Assembly: GCA_951406725.2 (NCBI GenBank)
Contig: OX597817.1
Coordinates: forward strand, 73,780,001 to 73,844,000
Origin: Octopus vulgaris
Lineage: Eukaryota
DNA length: 64,000 bases
Reading direction: 5' to 3'
Below the pieces are notes generated by a model. The model was not told the origin of the DNA and searched no databases. It saw only the letters and a program-made list of their open reading frames with translations. Below, piece after piece: positions 38,222-52,046 of this stretch (positions are counted from its first letter, which is position 1; each line of letters begins with the position of its first letter). The translations under genes and the position numbers were made by a program.

Positions 38222-38630
38222 GATTTCAAATTTTGGCAAGGTTTGCAATATTGGAGAGTAGGGTAGGTCGATTACATCGACCTCAGTGCTGAATTGGTAC
38301 ATGTTGTAAAGGCTAAGTCGACCTCGGCCGAATTTGAAATCAGAACATAAAGACCCACGAAATGCCGCTAAGCATTTTGTCCGGCGTATTAACAATTCTG
38401 TCAACTCACCATCTTAAACCGCTGTGAAATATTCCTTTCTGCTATGGTCACAAAACCTGAAATTATTTGAGAGAGGGTGTAAGTCGATTACATCGACCCA
38501 ATGCTTGGCTGATACTTGTTTTATCGACCCCGAATAGGTGAAAGTCAACCTTAGTGGAATTTGAAGTCAGAATATAAATTCCGCTAAGCATTGTGTCCTG
38601 CGAACTAAGGACTCTGCTAGCTCGCCATCT
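38222..38630 (-). mobile_element. Two tandem Meta-type SINEs (38222-38415, 38445-38630)
   Basis: Each carries GTCGATTACATCGACC...GAATTTGAA.TCAGAA...CCGCTAAGCATT. Confidence 0.72.
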
Positions 38631-39063
38631 TACGCTGATGTAAAATATGTCAAACGAATAAGTGCCAAATAAAAAAAAAGAAGAATATGTTGAAAAGATT
38701 AATCATAGATTTTATATATTCTGTGGCACCATCCACAGGGAAAAAATAGTTAAAACAGTGTTAACATATAATGTAGCAAGTATTGTAAATCATATTTGAA
38801 ACATTTATGAGGACAGAAACAAGACATTATCACAATGACTAATACCATTTTAATGGTTTCGGAGACATTTCCATCTGATTAGACCTTCTCTGCAAAACAT
38901 AGACTTCGTCATTAAGAACAATTATTCGACATAGGTATATATTCAATTAAGATGAAAATATCGATTTTAAAACAGATTTAAATGAGTGAAGTTCGATCAA
39001 CTGCTAAATGCAATCAACAGATAGTACTCGAGAATAAGTGAATTTATACAAACATTTATATGA

Positions 39064-39109
<46 letters not shown>

Positions 39110-39489
39110 TTATGCATGTATTTACATGAAGTGTTATAAGCATATATGTATGTATATATATCTAACATAAGTATATATATAAGCCTGTGTATATGTGTGT
39201 GTGTGTGTGTGAGTCGCTTTTTTAGTTACGCTTAGAGCGAGTAATAAAATTATTTCTCAAAATACAGCAGGATTTCTTTTTTTTAAGCAAAAATTCTACA
39301 AGAATGCACAGCTTTAGTGCTGTCTTTACTGAAGTGCAGCCCAAAGCTAAATTTATTAATGATGCACTCTGCGGCCTTAAGTCTACACAAACACGGAAGA
39401 AGTGAATTTCCCGACGTCCCACCATATAACGCAATTCTAGTTTAGCGCGAATATATGTACACACACACATGCACAAACACACACACACG

Positions 39490-39575
<86 letters not shown>

Positions 39576-39686
39576 TTTAAACTATTTTAAAGGCAGTGTT
39601 TTGGAAGTGAGGTGGTTTTATATATAGCAACAGTGACAAGGTTAATCTCAAAGAAAACCGAAACGAAATTATTTTATAAACAAATA

Positions 39687-39730
<44 letters not shown>

Positions 39731-39886
39731 CAGACAGACAGACATGTGATAGGCGCGGAAATGACTGTAAGGTTAAGAAGATCGCAGCATCTTGAGAGAT
39801 GTCTTCTACTACAACCCCAGGCCAATCAGTGTCTAGTGAGAATGAATTTCTTATACGGAGACGGATAACAGTGGAAATCCGTCCTG

Positions 39887-39918
<32 letters not shown>

Positions 39919-39957
39919 TGTATGTATGTATGTATGTATGTATGTATGCATGCATGC

Positions 39958-39988
<31 letters not shown>

Positions 39989-40134
39989 TGTATGTATGTA
40001 TGTATGTATGTATGTATGTATGTATGTATGTATGTATGTATGTGTGTAATACGGATCAGAAGCGCTAAGCAGTGATTTATATAAATATAAACTTGTTACC
40101 AGTTCAAATATGTTTGAGACACGTTCGAACCCTT

Positions 40135-40585
40135 AAGAAGCCCTCCCCCTGTGGGATGAAGTTAAAATATTAGACAGGGCACACGTCTGGAAAATTCGAA
40201 AACTAAAAGAAGCAGTACATATGCTAGGACACAACAACCGCCTAAGCAGACCGAGTGTAGATATGAGTAGCATATGGGAACTGGTATTAAGGAAGGATAG
40301 GAAAATATTAGATTTATAATCCCTAAAATTCACTCCATAATTCCCCACGGGCATATGGCGTAGCGGTTAAGAGCGCGATCTACTAACCCTAAGATTCCGA
40401 GTTCGATTCCAAGCAGTAACCTGAATAATAATAATAATAACAACATCGAAAAATACCTTAGGAATGTGAGCCCAGGTTCAAAATTTCCCCAGACGAAACC
40501 TTGTGTGGACAACGACCAAGATGAGGACAAATAGCCATCAAATGTAAATAATGTACATAATTTCTCATCTCTTAAACATACTGCA
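40135..40585 (+). mobile_element. Poseidon-type PLE 3' end with tRNA-like cassette; hammerhead core deleted
   Basis: WDEVKILDRAHVWKIRKLKEAVHMLGHNNRLSR...ILDL* is homologous to 13990-14165. A box at 40356-40366, B box at 40399-40410, and GAC^GAAAC fused at ~40494. Confidence 0.85.
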
Positions 40586-42209
40586 TTTTGCCAACCAGAA
40601 ATATTCCCGCTGAAGTTCACTACTTCAAAATGTATGCAAACATGTATGAGAATATTTCTCCATGACAAAGTGTAGATTCGAATACATCTCAAACATATTT
40701 GAACTGGTAACAAGTTTACACACACACACACACAACACGCACAATTATATAATTATATGTCCGTAAGCACGTTATATGTCCGCCAGCATCCTTCCGTTTT
40801 TGCGTTCTGAGTTCAAAAGCTGACTTTGCCTTTCATCTTTTCGAGATCGATAAAATAAATACTAGTTGAGCAACGGGGGTCGGTTTAACCACACAAAAAT
40901 CATGTAAAAATCCAGCTACCAAGACATTCCTGGCCGGAATATTAAATTTATTTCACCATTTCTCAAAGTGGTAATGTCACCATGGTGAGTTAGCAACTTT
41001 GTATGAGTAAAGTGATGTTTAAATGTACACATTGTGTTAGAAAAAGACAGAGTGATCAACGGGAAATGATTCCCTGAACAGCAATTACTGTCAAACTCTT
41101 AGAAGGTGGGCGGTGGGGGAATTCGGTGAAACAACACGGGAAGCACAAACGAAAAACAAAGAGTGGGATGGTTGGAATTATAGAAGTTGAGATATAGATA
41201 TGTTATCAGTATTTAAGCGTTTGGTGAATAAAGAGTTGAGATCAATAGATATATCTTTACAAACATAATGGCACCGGGAATATATTCACCGATAGAATCA
41301 CAATCAAATTAATAATTTATGATCAACTTGGTGGTTTATCTTTAATTCCAGCGAAAATATAGTACATAAAGTGTGGACATGATGAGAAAATTTCGCTCTT
41401 GTTTATACAGTCCAATTATGTTTGCAGGGTATTCTAGTGAGTATACAGAGCATCTTTCTGACCCTTTAATATATGACTTGCTCTTAGAAGGTATCTTCCT
41501 GTAGATGTTGTAGCTAGTTAGTGTCCACATCCTTAAGTCTTCATGCCGAGAAGATTGTGATATATCTCTTCGCGAGTTACCTAAAAGAAGATGGCTGTTG
41601 TATCTGGATTAAAATTTACCTTCAACGGTTCTTGTTTAATAACATGTAAATGAAAGCCAATCTTCGTGGATGTAATCTTTTATCGAACTAATACCCCTTA
41701 GAACACTTACTGAGCCCCATAGATTGATATTAAATGTACTTTCTCTTTTCTGATGATAGAATTGTTTTACGAAGATTGTGTAAAAAGAATACCATTATCA
41801 TCGTCGTCGTCAACAACACTACGCTTCATACAGCAGAATTGACAACCAATTCTTTCTCCACCACCACCACCACCACCACCACCGCTGCCGCCGCTGCAAC
41901 CATTTACTTTCAAACATTGTTTACAATTTTATCATAAGAAAAATAAAAGTATATATTTGTGGGGCTCGTAAGTGTTTTAAAGGTTGCAAGTTTGATAAAA
42001 GATTACATTCATGGAGACTTACTTTATTGGAAATGTTATTAATGACACACAGCAAATCGAAATAACTTGGGCATGCTTCAAATTTGAAGCGTGGAAATAT
42101 ATGGCGCTATGGCATAAATCTGGTGAAAATTCGAAAAACTTCAAGTGGTCGGGGAAAAAGTAAAAGGATCCCTATGTGTATGATTGTGAATATGTATGTA
42201 TATATATAT

Positions 42210-43995
42210 AAGTGTAAGGGGTACAGTGAACTTGCTGTTAGAAGTGGAATATCAAGTGTTTCGGAAGTAATCCTTCATCAGTGATTAGAGAAAAAGAGAT
42301 GTTGAAGAAAGACAGAGATTACATCCTCTCAGCTCGAAAAACTGGCTGCAACTGATAATGGACGCAGAATAACAGTGCAGAAAGGAGGTGGAAAAGAGTG
42401 ATGGAGAGAGTAGAAGTAAATACAGGAATATTGCAGGGAGAAGGTGGAAGGTGTATTAAAAATGGTAAAAAAGAATTAAGTGGAGGTGAAAGGATGAAAG
42501 GAAAAACGTTCATTCATACCTGTCGGGGACATAGTACCAAGATCAAATTTGAGACGTTGCTCCTTTCGTTTCCTAGAGAAGTGGAGTCCGTGGTGGAAGT
42601 CCATGTCATACACTGATAAATCTGCAATGGAATGATTCGCAGTGTTGAAGTGGGTGGCGACAAGTTGACATACATAGCATTATACTTATGATGTGTTCGC
42701 GAAAGCGATCCTCAAAGTGTCGCCCTGTTTCTCCGATGTAAAGAGCACCGCAGAGTTTGCATATGATGCAATATATGAGATTCGCCGAAGTGCAACAGAA
42801 GTGTTGTGTTATGTGATATTATTTCTTGGTCCCCTTGATGGTGGTAATATCGTTGATGTAGGAGCATGTGCTACATTGTCGGCGAGAACATTTAAAGGTT
42901 CCTGATTGTGTGGAGCTTGGAGCTGTGAAGCTTCTAACAAGGATATTTCTAAGACTCCTATCTTTTTTAAAAGACAGGAGAGGCGGTGTGAGAAAAATAG
43001 AGGCGGTTGTTGGGTCAGAAAGAAGATTGCGAAAGTTGTGGGTGAGTTTGTATTTTAGAGGGAGGATGGACAGATGGTAGGTGAGAGTGGAATACGGTCG
43101 GCGGAAGTACGTGAAGACGGTAGGAGAGCAGCGGTGCAGTTGATGGCTTGGGCTCAGTGGAGTGCCGGGTCGACATCTGATTGAGGATAACCTCGATTCA
43201 GAAAACACTGTCACATCGTTTTGCAGTGGGATTTGAAATCCGATTCGATGCTGCAAAGTCTTCGAAGGCCAAGAAATTGAGAGAAAGGTATTGGCAGATT
43301 TAATGTGCTTGGGGTGAGAAGAAGAGTAGTGAAGGTAGAAGTGGGAGTCAGTAGGTATATAGTAGGTTTACAGTAGGTTTATAGTAGACAGAAGTGAAGA
43401 GGTGGGCATTGTGTATTTTGACGGAGATGTCCTGAAAGCAAACGGACGTATCATACATGGTGTGGGTAAATTCCAAGGCTGAGTGAAGGTGTTAAAAGGA
43501 ATAAAATCGTTGAGCTGTTGTCTGTTAAGGCTTTTGGCGTCAATACAGTCGTCGATGTAACGACCATACAGTTCTGAGATGGGAAGGAAAAGTAGGTAAA
43601 GATTTGCTCCTCTACATAACCTCAAAAGGCTGACATAATTAGAGCCCGTCCTAGTGCCCATAGTAACACCGCTAAATTGCTTATAGAATTCAGCAGAGAA
43701 GGAAAAACAATTGAATGTTAAGACGAGATCAGCTAAGCGAAGGAGTGTAGTAGTGCTGGGTTCAGGTACAGAACAACTGTTTAAAAAGTGTATAAGTGCT
43801 AGTAGAGCGTAATTGTGAGGAATGACTGTGTACAAAGATTTAATATCCATGGTGAAAAGGAGTTTGGATTCACCAAGTGGATAAGAGAATGCGTTGAAGA
43901 GGTGTAGTGCATGGATAGTGTCTTCCATATGCGAAAGTAGAGCAGCGACGAGAGGGGATAAAAGTCTGTCGGGGTAGGAAGATATAAGTTCTGTG
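42210..43995 (-). mobile_element. Decayed 5'-truncated Penelope-like element (RT + Neptune-type linker + GIY-YIG + pLTR)
   Basis: TMDIKSLYTVIPH, GVTMGT, YGRYIDDC (43368-43928); GTFKCSRRQCSTC; CTSANLIYCIICKLCGALYIGETGRHFEDRFREH (42693-42805); hammerhead at 42251. Confidence 0.9.
42251..42285 (-). ncRNA. Degenerate minimal hammerhead motif
   Basis: Minus strand ATCA-CTGATGA-A-GGA ttact TCC-GAAA-CA-CT-TGAT. The core and stems I/II are intact, but the NUH triplet is mutated. Confidence 0.62.
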
Positions 43996-44048
43996 GGACA
44001 TTTGCATTATTACCACCTGTCTTCGTCTTTTGTTTTTTGTGAATCCTC

Positions 44049-44138
<90 letters not shown>

Positions 44139-44158
44139 TGTATGTATGTATGTATGTG

Positions 44159-44517
<359 letters not shown>

Positions 44518-44531
44518 TGTATTATATACTT

Positions 44532-45010
44532 TTCTTCTTGGCTTGACTTCGCATGCGAAGATCTATAGAGAGAGATGTCAACATTTGTTGCAAGTTTGCC
44601 GATATCTCCCAACGAGTTCCAATTCGGGATAAAAGAACCCGACTGCTGAAACTGCACGGGAACATAGGCTGATCAGGGCTGGTTGTAGTGCCTTTATTAT
44701 TTGTCCTTTTTTCCTTGTCTACAAGGATACTTTTGCGGGTGTCTTCAAAGGAGGCCGTTGCCCTGTGGACAATGAAACGCCCGGCTTCACGGACAATGAC
44801 AAAAAAAGGCTACTAGTGGTGATCAAGGTGGCAGGCTCCCAGGAGTTTCTTTAAGAAGTCCTTGCACCCCTTCTTTCGCGCTCCACTATTACTAGGACAA
44901 AAAGAGAGTTCGCCATGCACTGGAATCTGGGGGTATCGATGATCCTCCATGATGCTGATGTCCCCCCAACGTAACTGTGTCTTCCACAGAGTTACTTTGA
45001 TGCACGCTTA
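44532..45010 (-). pseudogene. RTE-clade LINE 3' end
   Basis: Minus strand FPCSFSSRVLLSRIG resembles the C..C.R...SRIGL.SH knuckle; a short 3' UTR ends GCGAAGTCAAGCCAAGAAGAA. Confidence 0.6.
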
Positions 45011-45151
45011 ACCGTAGCTGTTAGAACTCAGTATACATATGCTTCAGACTATAGTGTTAGGCAAACACAGAGTGTAATATAAAATTAAGTATATGACAAG
45101 AGAACAGACATTATGTAATCAAATTCATTAGTTTGTTTCTTTTAAATTCCA

Positions 45152-45282
<131 letters not shown>

Positions 45283-45944
45283 ATCACTTTGTACAATGAT
45301 CATATTCTCGTCACAAAACACTATCTTTAATATACTAAGTTCGAGCTATGCATGTGTGTATGAATGCACACGCGTATGTATGTATGTGTGTATGTTTGTA
45401 TGTATGTATGGATGGATGTATATACGTGTGTGTGTCTGTGTGTCTTGTGTGTGTGTGTGTATTTACGCGCATGTACTTATTTATTTATTCATACACAGAC
45501 ACAAGAACACACTGATGTCAATCAAACACGACCAAACACATACGCTAACACAGCAACACGAATACACATACAGGCTATCGTACACTAACCCACACATTCA
45601 TTTATTATTTTATGAAAACGTTTCAGAAAATTTTTTTACAATGCAATTACTGAAATGTCGTTTTCTTTTTTTCTTCTTTTCTTCCTTTTTTTTTCTTTTT
45701 TCCTTTTTTTTTTTTTGAAGTGGGTTTAATTTTTACAGTGATATTAAATTTTCGGAAAGACAGCAAAAAAATTAATGACAAAAGAAACAAATGATGAAAA
45801 TATGTGAAATCAAATCGTTGAATAACGAAATCTAACCATCGTTCATTTTTTAACATAGTATGTGTGAGTATATACATAGATATGTATAGATACGTAATTG
45901 CATGTACAAATGACAATTTTATATGTGCATATGTATGTGTGTGA

Positions 45945-45997
<53 letters not shown>

Positions 45998-46047
45998 TAC
46001 ATACATACATACATACATACATACATACATACATACACACACACACA

Positions 46048-46208
46048 CGTAGGAGTGGTTATGTGATAAAAAGCTTGCTTCCCAACCACATGGTTCCGGG
46101 TTCAGTCCCACTGCGTGACAACTTGGGCAGATGTCTTCTGTTATGCCTCGAGCCAACCGAAGCCTTGTGAGTGGATTTAGTAAACGGAAACTGAAAAAGC
46201 CCGTCGTG

Positions 46209-46249
<41 letters not shown>

Positions 46250-46278
46250 CAATAAATGGGGGGGTTGTGTTGACCGCA

Positions 46279-46344
<66 letters not shown>

Positions 46345-46673
46345 TCTTCATTGGCCACACAGGGCTGCACACAGATGGGACAAGTTACAAGGTAGAGCTC
46401 TTCTTTTGGGGGATGAAAAAACAAAAAAAACAAAAGAAACAAAAAAAAGGGGTGGCGTAGGTTTTCGATCAAGAGGGATCGTAAAAGGGAAGAAAAGAAC
46501 AAAAAAAATACATAAAATAAAAAAGGAAAAAAAAGAAGAAAATAAGAAAAGGAAAAGGAACAAAAGAAAAGAGAAATGAAAAAAGAAGAAAAAAGGGGAA
46601 AAAAGGGGAAGAGGAAAAAAAACGATCAATAGGGATCGTGTATCACAGTGTTATGATATATGGTGTAAAGGGG

Positions 46674-46766
<93 letters not shown>

Positions 46767-46890
46767 GTATTTGTGTGTGTGTCTGTGTTGGGCCCCACTC
46801 AATTACTTGGCAACCGATGTTGGTGTGTTTACGTTCCCGTAATTTAGCGGTTCGGCAAAAGAGGCTGACAAAATAAGTACTAGGCTTACA
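46048..46890 (+). mobile_element. CORE-type SINE split by a nested insertion (head 46048-46210, tail 46770-46890)
   Basis: Head and tail match 32843-33306. About 560 bp lies in its internal microsatellite, including a purine-rich segment (46341-46680) that looks like a minus-strand LINE 3' UTR. Confidence 0.7.
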
Positions 46891-46914
46891 TCGATTTGTT
46901 TACAGATGCATACG

Positions 46915-47072
46915 TACGTGGCTGTGTGGTAAGAAGTTTGCTTCTCAATCATATGGTTCGGGCTCAGTCCCACTGCCTTGCATCATAGGTAAATACAGTA
47001 CAATCGGACAAATACAGTACCATCACAGCCTTGTCAGTGGATTTGGTAGACAGAAATTGAAAGTAGCTCGTA
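46915..47072 (+). mobile_element. CORE-type SINE 5' half
   Basis: GTGGCTGTGTGGTAAGAAGTTTGCTT...CAGTCCCACTGC...GTGGATTTGGTAGAC. Confidence 0.7.
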
Positions 47073-47094
47073 GTGTGTGTCTTTCTCTATATAT

Positions 47095-47466
47095 TCTTTT
47101 ACTCTCTTTTACTCGTTTACTTGTTTCAGTCATTTGACTGGAACACTACCTTTAGTCGAGCAAATCGACACCAGGACTTATTCTTTGTAAGCCTAGTACT
47201 TATTCTATCGGCCTCTTTTGCCGAACCGCTAAGTTACGGGGACGTAAACAAACCAGCAATGGTTTCCAAGCGGTGTTGGGGAGTCAAACACAGACACACA
47301 AACACACACACACACACACACATATATATACGACGGGCTTCTTTCAGTTTTCGTATACCAAATCCACTCAAAGGCTTTGGCCGGCCCGAGGCTATAGTAG
47401 AAGACACTTGCCCAAGGTGCCACGCAGTGGGAATGAATGTGGTTGGTAAGCAAGCTACTTACCACA
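47095..47466 (-). mobile_element. CORE-type SINE
   Basis: Reverse complement of the family sequence: TACTTGTTTCAGTCATTTGACTG...GCCGAACCGCTAAGTTACGGGGACGTA...GAAGACACTTGCCCAAGGTGCCACGCAGTGGG. Confidence 0.82.
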
Positions 47467-48010
47467 TATATATATATATGTATTTGTATACACACACACG
47501 CACACATACAAGGAAACAGAGAAACAAATAGAAATAGACAAACAGTAGATTCCCGCCTGAGCTGAAACTATTATTTAACGTGAACTTTCCTATACCGTAA
47601 ACAAAATCGTTACTTTCACAAAAGTATTGGAATCTCTCTTTGAAAATAGCTGTAGCTAGTATAATATAATAAGTGTTCTTTATACAGATATGTGTGTGTG
47701 TATGTTTATATGTACATCATTTGTTTTCAATAAATGCATGTTCTCTATTACATGTATTAAGTGTATACTATCTCTCGATAGTAAACTAACATTTGCACAC
47801 GTACATTCGTATGATACATACTACACATTAATTCCTTTCGGTTAAGTATCAACCCTCAAATGTGTACAATCGTAAGTAGTTTGGCGCCAACTTACAGACA
47901 CTTTACGTTAACACGAAAAGAGAAGTCACACAAATTGGCAGATATTTTCAGATTGAAGTTGAACTTTTAGCATCCACTTCCAACAATCAAACATAAATAC
48001 ATACATGCTT

Positions 48011-48185
<175 letters not shown>

Positions 48186-48470
48186 GTATGTATAGATATT
48201 ACATTTATCAGTACATACTCACATGTGCGATAATGCGTTAATAACACTTATGGTCATTGTATTTTCGTACACGATAAGAATAGTCACCAGAAAGGGTAAT
48301 GGGTTTCTGAAGAGCAATATTAACTGTAAAGGTACGAGTATGTTGGTGGGCCTCCTTGTCATCTCTACACTTCATTTCAACGCGCCACCTACATCAATTG
48401 CTTCTCTTCAACTTTGATTTCTTACGATATGAACATTTTTTTGTACATATGGTATATATATATATATATA

Positions 48471-49588
48471 CAGGGTGTCCCCCAAAAATGCATACTCACT
48501 TTAAATAATTGTAAAGTTGGTGTTTATTAAAATACATTCCATTTTCAAAATTTAATAGAATCTATAGACATTATTTTATTGTTTTGTCAACGCCTGTTTT
48601 CAAACTGACGTCCGTTCTGGTCCAGGCACTGCTGACAATGTAAAGCAATGGAATCGCAAACATCACGAAACAAGTTGTTTGATATTTGTGTGCATTCTCG
48701 TTCAATGGTTAAACTCAAATTAGCGACCGTTGCAGGTTTCATCGCATATACTTTATCTTTTAGGTATTCCTATAAAAAAAGTTCAAGTGGTGTGAGGTCT
48801 GGTGAACGTGTAGGTTATTCAACGAAACCCCTTCGTCCAATCCATCTGTTTAGAAAGATCTCATCAAGGAAGGATCTAACATCGTGATGACAGTGTTGGG
48901 GTGCCCCATCTTGCTGAAAATAAAACTCTCCATCTTCAAAGTCTTCTCTAATGCTTGGCATGACAGACTGTTGCAGCAAGTTCAAGTAAACGGGTCCAGT
49001 CACAGTAGCGTCAAAAAAGAATGGTCCAGTTAACTCACTTGATGATAAGCCACACCCCACTGTGATTCCTGGTAAATTAACACGGTGGTTCACCATAACA
49101 AGCGGATTTTCAGGTCCCCAGTAGGTGCAATTGTGGTAGTTAATTGATCCATTTAATTTGAATGTGGCCTCATCACTCCGCACAATCTTTGTTGGAAAGT
49201 GTGCATCTTCTACACGTCGTGCCAAGTACCACTCGCAATACTGCACTCTTCGGTCTGGATCATCATCATTAATAGCATGGACTAATCTTGGAACGTAACT
49301 TTTCCATTGACAACGCTTCAAAATTCTTTGGACAGACGATTTTGAAATATCTACCTAACAAGTCGCTTGCCGCAGATTTTCTTGGACTTTGGTGATTCGT
49401 TTCCAACACTCCTTCTTGCTTTGTGGGGGTTGTCGATGTTCGGGGTCTTCCGAAACGCTTCTCGTGGACATACTAAACAGTTCCATCAGCTTCAAACTTA
49501 TCACTAGTTCGAGTGATGGTAAGTCACGTTGGTGGATCTGTTTGAGACTCCCTTTTAAACCGTCTTTGCACTTCAATTGCGTTTTCAC
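48471..49588 (-). mobile_element. Decayed rosa-type (DD41D) Tc1/mariner transposon with one TIR
   Basis: TA|CAGGGTGTCCC terminus. Minus strand RSDEATF, NCTYW..ENP, GPFFF, FQQDGAP.H, RWIGR, RSPDLTPL(E)LFL*EYLKDKVY; 41 residues between the second and third catalytic positions. Confidence 0.88.
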
Positions 49589-49594
49589 TCTTCC

Positions 49595-49693
49595 TGTACT
49601 AGGCTTACAAAGAATAAGTCCTGGGGTTGATTTGTTCGACTAAAGGCGGTGCTCCAGCATGGCTGCAGTCAAATGACTGAAACAAGTACAAGA

Positions 49694-49695
<2 letters not shown>
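49595..49695 (+). mobile_element. CORE-type SINE 3' fragment truncating the rosa element
   Basis: GTACTAGGCTTACAAAGAATAAGTCCTGGGG...TTCGACTAAAGGCGGTGCTCCAGCATGG...GACTGAAACAAGTA. Confidence 0.8.
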
Positions 49696-49729
<34 letters not shown>

Positions 49730-49733
<4 letters not shown>

Positions 49734-50290
49734 AAAAATTCTTATAATTATGAGTATAATTATAATTAGGGTTCAGCAAAAAATTTGCTTCACCACATAC
49801 CGTAATTTAGAAATACCAGCCAAAACTAGCTATTTCTCCACCATAAGATAATCTCCCAGACAACGATACTCAACAACTCAACTCATATAAGCAAAGAGAA
49901 AAAAAATAAGGAATTCACTCGGTTTAGATTAACTGTGGACGCATTTCGGAGTTAGATAGATATGAAAAATGCAAGAACCACATTTCCACAGTTAATCGAA
50001 ACGGAGTGAATTCCTTATTTTTACCTCTTTGCTTACGTGAGTTGTTGAGTATCGTTGTCTGGGAGATTTTCTTATGCAAGAGAAATAGCTAGTTTTGGCT
50101 GCTATTTTTAAATTTCGGTATGTGGTGAAGCAAATTTTTTGCTGAATCCTAATTATAATTATACTCATAATTATAAGAATTTTTGTTTAAGCTTACCGAT
50201 AATGGTTCTTTTAACATACCGAACTACTTGGAAAATTATTAATTAATTAAATAATTAATTAATTAATTGATTAATTTTAACCTTTGATAA
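49730..50290. mobile_element. PLE pLTR inverted-repeat structure (arms 49730-49939 / 49985-50188) between microsatellites
   Basis: AAACAAAAATTCTTATAATTATGAGT...GATTAACTGTGGA is mirrored by TCCACAGTTAATC...ACTCATAATTATAAGAATTTTTGTTT. A hammerhead 3' half (TCC-GAAA-TGCG-TC-CACAG) lies on the minus strand at 49933-49950. Confidence 0.78.
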
Positions 50291-50911
50291 TACACACACA
50301 CATATATATATATATATATGATGACAAAATTTTATACGCCATTTTATACGTTATGATATGATAGGTTAACATGTTTCAATATGTGATATATGAACGATTG
50401 TTTTTATAAGACATTTATTTGTCTATGATATATGACAGAATTTACATATATGACATGACGCGCAAAAATGGTTTCATGCTGTAGTGGAGTGAATACTTTT
50501 ATTGAATATGAAATATAAAGAGTTTTAGATAGTCTTAGATGATATGACAATTATAGGATACATCATATGACAATAATACAATATAATATGATATGATATA
50601 TAACACCAGCAAAAGTTTATATAAGATATGAATAACAGTTTATGATATGACAGAACTGATTTATATGACATCAAAAACAATTTTGCCTGATAAAATGAGG
50701 GACAGTTTATGACAGAATATTCTCTTATTGGTCTCTGTCATTAGACGCGGATCATGACGGATTATCGGCGTCAAGGATTTTACTCGGTGATATCGAATCT
50801 AGTACTATGTCTGGAACGTGATTTATGGGGAAGTAACCCTGGCCGTCAAAAGACGTAACAAAATATAGAAGGGCATCTGATAACATCTGCATATTGATTC
50901 CAGCATTCTTC

Positions 50912-51004
<93 letters not shown>

Positions 51005-51790
51005 ACTAACTAACTATCTATCTTATCCTTTTTCTTTGACTGTCTGTATGTAAGGGATTCCATGCAATTTCCATCTACCAAATAAACGTACAGTGCTTTG
51101 TTCGACTGGAAGATTATGTAGAAAACACTAGTCCAATGTGTTCTAACTTTTTAATCTCATAATCATACTTGCGACATGGATAACAGTTTCATATATGTAA
51201 TAACATTTTTTGTGTTATTTGATAAGATATGGAATTCGGCTACATACAAAATGATGTAAACAGCAAAAATGTAATATGATGAAAAGTTCCAGCCAAACAC
51301 TGCAGTTGATTTAATATTCCTATAAATCATCCTAGATGCGAATGGAATTTTAATAGGATAAGAAAAAAAAAGAACATGAAGAAGGCAGTGACATCTCCAC
51401 TTCTTCCTCTCCTTATTCCTTCACCCATTTCTCCCCCACCAATATAAAGTCAATTAAATCGTCTACAGTATTTGAGTGATACTTTTCAACGATAGCAACT
51501 TCAAATAAGCATGTACACTGTTAAATCACTTAGGAAATGCAAGATTATCACTCATAAATCAGAAAAGAGGATTTACTAAATTTATAATTGCTGTTGCTGT
51601 TGTTGTTTAGTCCCTGTTCAATCCTGGTTGAGCAGACAGATCATTGAGGAATGTTCTCTCGGCTTATCAAGTAATACAATCTTCTATGTCATGCTCTGTT
51701 TTAAGACGATAGAACGCAATTTGAGGGATATGTTCTTGCTATTGTAAGCGTGTCGGTTCACAACGAAGAGATTCTCATTGGATTGAAACT

Positions 51791-52046
51791 AAAGGTAAAG
51801 TTACCTTCTCGAGTCATACCGACTCATAAGGACTGGTCTTCCGTTTTCCAAGGCGTATAAATTCCCTACCTGGATGGGACGCCGGTCCGTCACAAGATTA
51901 CTCATTTTTGCCAGCTGAGCCGACTGGAGCATCATACAATGAAGTGCTTTGCTCAAGAACTCAACGAGTTGCCTGGTCTAGGAATCGAAACCACAATCTT
52001 ACGATCATGATTCCAATAACCTAACCACTAAGTCACGCGCTTCCAC
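51791..52046 (-). mobile_element. tRNA-derived CORE-like SINE
   Basis: Minus strand GTGGAAGCGCGTGACTTAGTGGTTAGG, GGTTTCGATTCC, CTTGAGCAAAGCACTT, GACGGACCGGCGTCCCATCCAG. Confidence 0.78.

Noticed and set aside
39628-39675. GTGACAA-GGTT...AACC-GAAA-CG after a TATA-like motif
   Set aside because: Two core mismatches and no stem I; possibly a very decayed pLTR, but unsupported.
40349-40420. Functional tRNA gene
   Set aside because: A and B boxes are present but the acceptor stem does not close; treated as a tRNA-derived cassette, as for all SINE heads here.
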